Below are positions 39,301-51,300 of a DNA stretch of 64,000 nucleotides, piece by piece. Under the pieces are notes generated by a model. It had not been told where the DNA came from and searched no databases. It worked only from the letters and a program-made list of their open reading frames with translations. Source of the stretch: Candidatus Omnitrophota bacterium (GTDB lineage Bacteria > Omnitrophota > Gorgyraeia > Gygaellales > Profunditerraquicolaceae); contig JBAZLM010000005.1 in the NCBI GenBank assembly GCA_041650295.1, positions 36,592 to 100,591 on the forward strand. Direction: 5' to 3'. The position numbers were made by a program, and so were the translations under genes. Numbering within the stretch: the first letter of the stretch is position 1; each line of letters begins with the position of its first letter.

Positions 39301-42300
39301 TCAAAGAAACAATGGCCGAATTAGACAATCAGTACAAAATCAGAAGATTGCAAGAGATGCGACAGGTAGCAGTGCTAGAAATGTTAAATCTGAAAAGCAT
39401 GCTAGCAGAAAAACCAGCAAATTAAATCGTTTTTACGCTTGGTTAAAACAGCCTAAAATAGCCAAGTGGGTTAAACTATTAATCGTAGCTAGTTTAATTG
39501 GAGTGGCAACCTTAGTTTTTGCTACCCCGGAGATGGCGGCCAGGGTAAGTAGTATAAATAATGAAGCCATAAGTAACGCAGCGTACTATTTAAGTCCAAA
39601 GGTATTTGTAAAACACGCTATATTTTTTAGTTTTCTGATCTGGGTCAACCGCAGGGGTTATATATTCTTTCCTACATTCGCTTTCTTGTTCGGGATGAAT
39701 CAAGCCAGTCATTTAAATCTAAGATTAATCGGTACACCTTTCTTTATGAATTGGTTCTATAATTGCCTAGATGTTGCTTTATATGCTAGCTTAATATTAG
39801 CTTTTATTGAGTTTTCTAAGGCTGCTAATAAAATAGAGCATTGGGGTAGAGAAACTATTGGTATTTGGCCGGTAAAGATTAAAACAATTGCCAAGGTTGC
39901 GTCTTTCTTTTTCGTAGCTTTAACCGTGCAAGAATTAATGAGCGCAATGTCGTTTACCCGTTTTATGTTAGAAACTTTTTATACTGCGCAAAAGCTCACC
40001 TTTGATCCTTACGATATCCTTGCGTATTTAGGAGGAGGTGTAGCATTTTTCGTCTTAACTAGCATAATGTCAATTTCTAGGCGCCAAGCATTTATTCGAA
40101 AAAATCAGTTAAAGAAAAACAGTGTTAGAATGCAAAAAGATCAAAATAAGGATAATAAAAATAATTTTTTAACAGAAAAGAGAGCGATTCCTGAAGATAA
40201 TAAAACTACTACTTTACATAGTTATGTGTCGGTAGCGGTAATACCTTCAATTGTATTATCGTTAAGTTTTTTTGACGTGGCAGCTAATATCAGCGCTGCT
40301 TTTGTTGCAGTTACGATTGTTGGTGTTATTGGTTGGGGTATTTATCGGTTGGGTAAACTTATTCATAAAATCCTTATATTAAAAGCTAATTCTAAACAGG
40401 ATTTAAATAATGCTTTTGACGATAAAAATGACCCAGCCCGTCCTTTACCTGGTCAGCCGATGCCTACGAGAGAAGAAGCAAACACCGAAGTAGCTAGACA
40501 TGATTTAACGCAATTTGAAACAATTTCCGAAGATCGAGCGGAAGTAAAATTAGCTATAGAATATTTACGTTCGATTAATGAAAATCAATTAGCTCATTAC
40601 TTAGAATATTTAGCTAAAGCCGGATTAATTCGTGCTGGACCATTAGCCGGCTTCTTAGCTACTACTTATATTTTAGATCAAGATAATGATTTTATTCTCC
40701 TGTCCAATCTCTACCCTGCAGAGAATAGCGTTTCAGATTATGCCGCAAGTTTAGTTCATGAGATCGGTGCCATTTTTAAATTCAATCATCAAGAAAATCA
40801 GACACGAGAAGATAATTTCTATACTTGGTTAGCGGCCAAAGTACTTGAGCCGAATTTTGGCGCTGTAGTAAATACTCGTCTTACAACCGAGGCCGCTTCT
40901 GATAATTTTGTTGCCGATAAGAAAGCGCTTCCTTATAATTTCTTCTTCTCAAAATCGAATCGTTCTCGTGGCAATATTTTACCTGCCACTAAACCTTATC
41001 CTGATGCTAAACAATTACACCGCAATCATTCCCCAAAATATCTTTACAAAGATATCAAAGGCAAAGTTAAAGTGTTCTCTATTAAAGACCAGTCGATTCC
41101 TAAATCACAACACGCAGCGGTTCAAGAGATCAATGAAGAAGAGTTAGTGCAATTAGCATTAACCGGCGGATGGAAGGTAGTCGTAGCTAAAGATTATGAT
41201 CAGATGACTTATGCTTCTTTATATTTAGTGATTAAACTTATGCATCTGGCGCAAAGAGAATTTGCTATGGGGTTGGCTACCGGCGGCACCACAGAGTCAC
41301 TGCGCAAGGCGATGGGGTTACTCGATTATAGCCGCAAGATCTTAGATGGTCTTTCTCTTCCTGGGGATAAGGTAAATAAATGGTCTACCTTAGATAACTA
41401 TTATTGGAATAAGCTTGCCGAGATGATTGATGTATTGCTTTCTAGTTACACTCAGGAGCAGGGGTATATGCTTTTAGGGAATATCTATGGTAAAGATAGA
41501 ATAAACTATGATTATTTTGTTACGCCTTATGATAAAACCGACTTAAGTTTAGAGCAGGTAGCAGAAAATTTCCGCCTGCGCATGCGGGTATTTTTAAATG
41601 AGACTTATAGAATATTGGTGCAGTTGCACGGCATTGGTTCAGACGGCCATGATGGTTTTAACGAGATCTATCCATCAATGCCTCTTTTACGTCCAGATTA
41701 TGATTCTGAGCTTTTAGATATTACCAAAGTTCAGAATATCGGTCATTTCTTACCCAAAGGTTTTCATCCTTTCTTTTTAAGATTTATGGCGGATAATAAA
41801 ATTTTTTATATGTCTAGACTCATCGATGTTTTAAATCGTATGGGTTTTGAAAGAATCGCCGGGTATTATCCAGAGTCTAAATACCAATTTGCTTCAGAAA
41901 AAGAGTATCTAGATGAGGTAAAATATCTATTAAAATATTTTAAACTTACTCCGGCTCAGTCGATTACTCAGGGCTCAGGAGATATTCTTGAAAGGACCAA
42001 TAATCCGGATTCTTTAAATCTCTACATGAGTTCAGGAGCGCATAAAGCTACTCCGACTTATGATGCGGTTGAAAAAGAACCGTCTTTATACAATACTGCT
42101 TCTGCTATGCAGCTACAGGCTAATTCTATACTTATTGTAACGCTAGATGCCGCAGTAAAACTTGATCAAAGTAAATGTTTCTTCTTTGTTCCTCAGGCTT
42201 ATAATCCGCTTTTAGTTAGTGCCAAAGCCATTGAAGAGACTTGGCAAGAGACTGCTGAAGGCAGAAGGATCCATGCATTATTAGAAGAGAAGCATGGCAA

Positions 42301-45300
42301 GCATTCCTATCCGGCCACTATGCCAATAACCAATAAAGCAGATAAAGCTCCTACTCCTAGACAATTTAATAAAATTCTGCAGGCTCTTGGTGGAGAGCAA
42401 GCTTTAGCCAGCAAAGGAATAACTTTAAATATAAATAATGTGGTAATTAGCCCAGCATTAGAGGCTCCGGCGGAAGTCAGAGCAGGAGTATTATACGTTA
42501 ATCCTAATATCTTACGTGGTCCTCCGAAACAATTACGCGTAATCTTTGAAGGACATGAACTACTCCACTTAATTAATCCTACCGCTACTGAACAAAGAGT
42601 ACAGATATCTACAATTAATTACTTAGTAAACCATCATCGTCTTAATGCCCACATTAAATTTTTAAATAAGAATAAATTTGGTTTGAGAGCAGATATTACA
42701 TGGTTAACTACTTTAAATTTAAAATCTAAAGAAACAGCTGCTTCTAAAGATATTAAGTTTGAAAGGCTAGCCAAAGAAGATCTGCGATCTATGGCTAAAT
42801 ATTTAAGTCCTATTCTTGCTTTTGGTATCGTATTGTGTGTTGTGCCAGAAACTATTCTCGGGGCTTTAATGGCAATTCCTTTTATCGGTCTAGCAGTTTG
42901 GCGGTTAGTATTTCCTACTAATTGGCGCTTATGGACAGTAGCTACACTTAATTGCACAGATCGTCATTATCAAATTGCTTATAATAAACTCATTAAAACT
43001 AAAAATAAAAGAACAATTAAAGCATTAATTAAATGTTTAGAGGGAAAAAATTTAAATACTTGTTTAATTGCAATTAATATTCTTGGCAAAATTTATTCTG
43101 TAAAAACAAAAGCTAATAAATTTGATCAATTAGTAGTTTTATCTTTTATTGGCTTGGCACATAAGCTGTTAAATCCAAATGAAGAGATGTTTGCCTATTC
43201 TCGTTTTAGTATCTTTAAAACTATTATAAATACTTTATCTGTTTGGGTAGATACAGAAAAAACAATATTTGAAAAATCTAGTAATGAATATTTAGCAATT
43301 TATGAATTTTTTAGTAAATTCTTAGCTTCTAATGAGACAATACAAAATTCTGGATTTGAATTTTTAGCTTTACGGGAATTCTGTAAAAAATTTCCGGATC
43401 AGACGCCAGCTCATTGTGTTAGTAATTTAGTTAATTACGTTCTCGTTGGCAGTCCAACTGATCGTTCTGCTAATGGCGTCAGTACTGAAGAGGTGGAAAA
43501 GGCCATCGCCAAATTTGGTGGAATAGAAGAAATCTTAAAGCGAGAAATTACTAAATATACTGACTATATTAATATAATTTTTGGAATTAATATAGTAGAG
43601 CAAAAATTAAAGATTTCTTCAGAGATTATAAATTGTTTAATAGCTGCTTGTGGGGTACATTTTGCGCAAGCTCCTCCAGAATGGCATATCGGTGCTGCTA
43701 TTGGAATTTGTAAGCGTGAAGGTAAAGAAGAGCCAGTAATTATTATTACACAAGCAACTTCTGCCGATGCTATTGCTCATGAAATTTGCGCGATCTTAAT
43801 CCCTGGCTTAACACATGAAGAAAATTTAATAGTAAGTAAAAGAGTTAATTGTTCATTAGCTGCTTATGACTCTACCAATGCATTAGACAATTCTTTAAAA
43901 GGACGAGTAGAAAAAGTCTCAGGGGCTTTGGCTAGACTCTATAATCTGGATTCTCGTGAATTGCGCAATGTGCTTAATTTGGCTCCGGCTTGGGAGAAAG
44001 TTTTTAATGAAGAGATTCTTCCGGAGATTATTGATGGATATCTGCAGTATTTATCCTCTCCAAATGATAAAAAGCCTGCAGCGGTAGTTTTAATTACCGG
44101 AGAAGGCGGAATCGGTAAAACTACTGTAGCTTTGTCCTTTGATGAGATTGCGGAAGCGGCTTTAAAAAGAATTCGTGATGAAAAAAAATTATCAAGACAA
44201 TCAAATTTAGTAAGAGAGATTGCTTTCGATGATTATATTTTACAAAAAAACGATCGCCAAATTGATCCGTTAACTGGAGTTGCTACTGAAGATCCTTTTA
44301 AAAAATTCGAGTATGATCGTTTCTTAAAAGATATGCTAGCTTTGAGGCAAGGACAAACTATTTATAAGCCAATTTATGATTTCAATCTGCGTGGTCGACT
44401 TAAATTTGCTCTAAATCAAGAAAATCAGATAGTTTTAATGGTGGGTAATGAAGAAATTTTAGTTGGGGTTAATGTAGAAACCCAAGAGCCGTATTTCTCT
44501 TATCAAAATAAGCAGCAAGATTCATTAATGTTGGGTACTAATGAAATTAAAGTTGAGTTAAAAATATATCGTAATACTGAAAATAATATTGTTATTAATT
44601 TGCGAGACAGCGAGCATGTTTTTCGATTTGATGAAAAAGGTAAAGTTAATGTTAATGTTGGGGATGTTACACAAGTTTTAGAAAAAGGTAATTTAGTTGA
44701 AGCTTTGGAGATGATTGTTCCGCAGGGAAAAGTTTATATCGTTGAAGGTATTTTGGCTTTACAAAGCGATAAATTAAACGCTAAGTGTTTAACGGTTTAT
44801 ATTACAGGAGGTTTTGAGGCACGACTTTTACGTATGCTTAGCCGTTCGATGGGTGAAAGTGGAAGAAAGAACACGATTCAGGAGTTAGTTGAGCAACGTT
44901 TAAGATTAATAAAACTTGAAGAAATGCCTTACATTTGGCCAGTGAAAAAGAAGGCCCGTTGGGTAGTTACTAGTTTTAGTCGTTCAGAAGCTGTTTATAT
45001 GCTTTATATTCGTGGTCAACTAAATTGTCCTAATAAGAGAATAGTGCAAATTTTAAAAAGCTTAGGAGTTGATTGTCATGCACTAGTTGATGCATTGAAG
45101 AATATTTATCAGAATGAGGTGGCGGCTCGCTTAAGCGGTGGGCAGGGAATTCCTAGTGCTATTGAAGGAACAGCCTTTCATGTTTTTATGGATAATTGTG
45201 GTTTAGTTATAAAAGTGCCCCGCGCTGAATTTTTAAAGGAATTTGAAACAAATTTTATTAAGTTTTATAATACAGTGCTTAAAACTAGATTAGGTGGATT

Positions 45301-48300
45301 GATTGTTCCAGGAACAATTATTGATTTAAATAAGCTAGGTGTGGATATTAGCAGAGTAGTTGACGGTGATTTTTATAAATTTGAAAAGGTTCTTATTCAA
45401 AATAAAGTAGTAACGCTTGGTCAAAGATTAAATGATCTCTTAAAGGTTCAAGATATAGAGGGAGTAAAGAAATTAATTGATCAGTATTTTATTTTGCAGC
45501 AAGCGCTTTGGCGAAGGGGTGTTTGGGACAATAAGCCTAAGTTTATGGAGAAATATGGTTTTATTCCTTTAGATGGAGTAGAACAATTAGTGGTGGTTGG
45601 GGTTGATGGCTTAAAAGATAGGATAGAAGAATTTGATCCTACTTTATATATGAATAAAGATTTGCGTCCGCAAAATCTGCCGGCAGAATTAGAAGATTAT
45701 TATGATCTGAAGGTTAAGGAGATGATTTTTAGTAAAAATGACTTTTTAACTTATTTTGCCAGTGGATTGAAAGAGTGTCAAATGGCTCCAGATATTTCGG
45801 ATATTGAAATTGGTCGTAAACAAATGGATCATATTGTCACTACATTAAGGCAAGCGATGTTACAAAAATATCGTAAATTTTTTGGTTGTCTTAATTATAG
45901 TAGGGATAATCCGCTAATTTATTGGATAAAGTTTTATGTGGATACAGTTTATGCTAAAGGGGTAGCGCAGCAAGTTTTGTTAAATGCTTTTTATGAACAA
46001 GTTATTGAAGATCCCCAGATGTTAGATGAAGTCTCTAAAACTACTAGCAAACTTCAGGAAAAACTTAAAGAATTTAATCATAACGGTCTAGTCAGTGATT
46101 CCGGGCTTTTAGTGATGGCTGAAGAAATGCTTTATATTAAGAATGAATTTAATCATCAGAAAACGGATTCAACTGTTGGCGCTTTAGTGGGTGCTCAAAC
46201 TAAGACAACTGAAATTACCAATTATAGTGTTGAATTAGTATCTAAGCCAAAAATTACATCTGAAGAAATTGAAAAAATTCTATCAACTATGCGCGGTATG
46301 GCGGATGCGATGGCAGTTTTATGTACCGGTATTGAAGGATCTACTTATAAAGATGTTCCCGGTTTGCTTATTGATATTCAGAAAATGGAAGAACTTTTTG
46401 GGATTATTGCTGAGCGTGTAAAATCTACGGATAAAAATTTTGCTATTCATCCGGAGCTAGTTAATATTCGCGTGGCGGATGATGCTTTGGAAACTGTTCC
46501 TTCTTTAGAGGCATTAGAGACAGATCTCAAAGTTGGTATTTATCCGATTGCGGCTAATCCGATACATCTATCGCATATATTAGTTGGAATCGAAGCGATT
46601 GCTATTGGCAAGTGTGACGTGGTTTATTTTGATGTTCAATCCGGTGGGTATGTGCTTAAACCGATTTTAACCGCGACTGAAAAATATCGATACGAATTAA
46701 GTATGATACTTTTAGCTTTACTTGCTCCGTTCTTTGGTTTTGCGATAAATATTTCTAAAGACGGCGAAACGGATATTTTTAGAATTCAGAAGCTTAACCT
46801 TAATCAGAAAAGGGTTAAGTATGTTTATATTGTAGGTAGTGATCATTATCATCGGTGGGTAGAAAAAGACGCTTCGGATAATTTAATTCGGGGAACAGAA
46901 GAATATAGGCAGTATGTTTTAGTGCACAACGGCAAAGAGCCGACTCCGGATACAATTCAGAAGATGGAAGATAAATTAGTTGAATTTGGGGTGGATGCTT
47001 CGGAACTGGCCATATTATTTGTGGAGCGCATCGGTGAAGAAGCGCAAGAAACAATTGCTAGTTTATTAGATATCAGCATGCTTCCTCCGGTCGGGATGGC
47101 TTCTTCTACGGCGATTCGTAATGCTTTCAAGGCAATTGAAAGAATGACTAAGGATGAAGGCAATTTAAGCGCAGTGGAATTAGCAGAATTGCAAAAAGAT
47201 TTATTGAAAGGGTTAATTTATCTGCCGTATGTTAGCTACCAGTATATTATCGACCATTTGGATTATTTAGATATGCTGGTGCATCCTGAGGAATATGATG
47301 GGAGCAAGCCGGCTGATCGTGCGGCTAATGGCGCAAGTGCTAAAAGAGTTGATGCGGCTATTAATGATTTTGGTGGAATAAATGAAATTTTAAAGAATGA
47401 AATTAAGGATATTCTTTATGATAGAAATATTATGTTAGGTATTAATAAGGCGGCCTATAGCATGGATCAGGATCCTACGGCAATATATAGCGCGTTGATT
47501 GCGCGAGGAGTACATTTTGCTCAGGCACCTCCGAATTGGAAAATTGGCTCAGCCATTGGTATCTTAGATAAAGATGGAAAAATAGAATTGGTAGTTATCC
47601 TCTCTAAAGATGCAAATCCTGAAGAAGTTGCCCATGAAATCCGCGCTGTATTAATTTCAAGCTTAACTCACCAAGAAAATCAGTTATTAAGATCTAGTGA
47701 CAAAGTAGTTAAGAATATGTTTACTCATTCGATTGCTTTTCGTGGCTTGTTAACTCCCGAAGAAGACGCTGCCGTTGAATATTTTGATGACCCGATTAGC
47801 CCAGCTAAAAAAGGAGCAGTTCCCCTAAGCACACTTAAAGAGTATTCAGCAGCTGAAGAAATTATTTTTAACATCAAAGATATTGAATTAAAGAATCATG
47901 GTGCGCTGATACTTAATGAAGATTACCTGAAAAAATTTCATATTTATTTCTATCAGACTACTAGTAGTCCATCGCCTAATGCCAGCGTTGATTTTCAATA
48001 TATGAATATTTTTGTTTTTGCTAAATCTGCAGAAGAACTCAACGCACAGATTATTGCTAAAATATTAGTGCATGAATTAGTTGAATATGTTTTGGTTGAA
48101 CATTACTTAACAAATAATCAGTCAGCTAATTTTTCTGTAGCGCATCAGCAAGCCCTAGCAACAGTTAAGGATCTTGATGCCTTTATTTTAGCGAATAAGA
48201 AAACGAATAATTCTAGTGAAGCGCAATCACTATCTGATAAATTGATAGGTCAAAATAATGGCGCGGTAGTAAATACCTGTGGTAAAGATTTTCCTGTGAT

Positions 48301-51300
48301 TGCTAAATATTTTGCGGATGATCCGAGAAAAACATATTTGGCCTTGCGTAATTGGCAGAAAGAATTTAAGCAGCTTTTAGGGCAGGATAAAACATTAGAG
48401 CAGCTCACTACTTTTAAAGACGATCAGCATCCGGCCGGCACAGAGTACTTCTTATTAACTGATGAGCAAGGCAAATTTTTAAAGGACATTCAGGGTAATT
48501 ATATCATCCGTCCGCGCGATCTTTGCCATCAGGACGGGTCCTATCATCGCAGCGTTTTGATCGCCGCTATTGATTATCAGGGTAAATTTTTAAGGCAACA
48601 GCGTTCACAAACCAAGAGAATGTTTAAGCATTATTATGATCTTTCAGCCTGCGGGCATACTGCTTTGGATGCGGATTTGACAGGGGCGGCCCAAAGAGAG
48701 CTGGAAGAGGAGATATTCAATGATGAACATAAGATTGATTTAGCACGCTTAATTCAAATTACCCCGGATGCTTCGGTGCAGCATGATTTTATTTATACTG
48801 ATGAAAATGGTAGAAAATATATTGATAATGAGCGGTCGACGCTTTTTGTTTATTTTATGACCGAGGAAGAAAAGTTAAAGATTAAGTATCAGGTATCGGA
48901 GGTTGATCCTAAGGGCTGTAAATGGCTATGGTTTAAAAAAGAGGCGAATCGATATCGGGCTCATCCGGATAAATATGCAGCTGGCTTTAAAAGAGTGGTA
49001 GATAACCAGGATTTATATATAAAATTAACTAGTGTTGCAACGAGTGTTTATGGTGAAAATTATGCAGCAATTGCTGAAAAATTTGATGCCGAAACTTTTA
49101 AAGCTTTATATAAATTGACACATGAAGATCTCGACAATAAGGCCATGCAAGAAATTATGAATATAATTATAAGTAATTATCAGGAGCAAGGAATGATAGA
49201 CCGACTTTTTGGGATTGATTTATTAAATCCAGTAATGCAGCCGCTCGATTTTAATGATTTTAAGCGCCAGGAAGAAAACACTAGGTTTGTAGCTGACCGA
49301 GTGTTTCAGCTCACGGATTCTCATGATAAGTTATCAGTATTTAGTAGAGATAGATTACTTGATATGATTTGGGATGCCTTAAGGATAATTTATCTTTGGA
49401 TGCCCTTGTCTATATTTAAAAGATTTTATAACAATCAAGCGGTAGTGTCTGGACATGCTATCATGCATACTTTGGATGTTTTGGATGAGTGTTTTAGAAT
49501 TCAGAATGAACAGAAATATTTTTTATGGGAAGAAGATATCAAAAATTTAATTTTTGCCTCCTTGACTCATGATTTAAGTTATCTTATATATCAAGAAGGA
49601 CACTATCATTTTTCTTCAATTTGGGCAAGTGCTATTCTGGAGAAGAATAAAAAATATAATAAACATGCAGGAGACTGGACTTTTGGGACGCATAATAATA
49701 GATATGATGAAATTAAAGTGGGGGATATTATTAAGTTACATGATAAGGCAAAAGAGTACAATCTATACGATAATAATCAAGCAGCGGCGATTCTTCGGGA
49801 TGCTGATAAGTTAACTGCTGATTTAGATCCGCAGAGAATATATGATGCTAAGTGGTCAAATATATTGGAAAAGAACGGTTATACGCTAGAAAGGCCGGTA
49901 CCTTTTACAGAAATATTTTTTAATCCTCAAGAAGATCTTGATCATCGGGTAAAGGTGATAATCGATAATCTTCCGTATGATAGAAGTGATGCGGTTACAG
50001 ATCTTTTCCGTAAGATTATATACGATCGCAAGCAAGGTGGTGGATATTTGACCCGAGGGGGATCAGATATAATAAGCACTGCGGCTAATGATTTAAGTGT
50101 ATTGGTTGATTTTATTATAGATAAAGCGCAGGATTTGGAAGAAAAATATGGGTTTGGATTAGAAAGAATAGAACAAATTAAAGGAATTTTTTATGAACTT
50201 TATCATGTTATTTTTAATCAATGTTTTACTGAATCCCTGATTAATATAAATACAACTCGGGAAAATGAAATTTATTCACAAGAATTTAATTTGTTTAAAA
50301 GCAATCTAATCAACCGTATTTTAGAATTTAATCGAAGAATGCAAGAACCGTTGTTCTATGATAATGATGAAGATATTAATATGATTTTTTACGTATGGGA
50401 GTCTCAAGAGAGTCTTAACGCCGTTAAGTTTCTTGGGTCAATGGCAAAGGAAGGTTATTTAAACCGTGGCGAGATTGAATTAATTAAGGAGAATATAAAA
50501 ATTGCTTATGGACCAAACAAGCAAGTTCCTTCTGATTTTTTCCCGCTATACGATCAAATTTTTGATTTGTTTACTGTTGATTATGATACTGTTTTAGGTT
50601 ATTTTAACGATGTTGAACAAAATTTAGATACTACTTCAGGCCTTCGTAGTCAATTACAGGATTATTTAAATATTTCAGGGCAAGATAATAATCCTTTAGA
50701 CCGCTCAGCTAGAGGTAAGAGTAAAAGAAAAGTTAATGCGGCTATTAATGAATTTGGCGGGATAGAAAAAATACTGCAAGAGGGGACGTTGGATGTTGGC
50801 CTTTTCCAAAAGATTAATTCAGGTATTGATTGTACAGCAAAAAGTTTGGGAAAGACCGGTGAAGAGATTGAAAGATTATTGATGTCTAGGGGTGTGCATT
50901 TTGCGCAGGCGCCTCCGGGATGGGAAATCGGTCCAGCGATTGGTATTTTGAATCGCGATGAGAAAAAAGAGCTGGTAATTATTGTCCCCAAAGATGTGGA
51001 CATCGAAGATCTTGCCCATGAAATCCGCGCGGCAATTCTCCCCGGTTTAACCCATCAAGAAAATTTAAATATACAGGCAGTTAAAGAAATCCAACTCGAG
51101 CCGGTTTTTATTTCAGCAAATAAGCAAGCGCTTTCTTCTGAAGTAGCTTCAAATAAAGATTTTTTTGTACTGGTATTTAATTGCGGCAGCTCTTCAATTA
51201 AATACCAGTTTATTAATATGCAGGATGAATCAGTGGTGAAAAAAGGGACGATTAATATGATTGGCGAAAGCGATGGCCCGGCGAATTATTTAGAAGTAAT

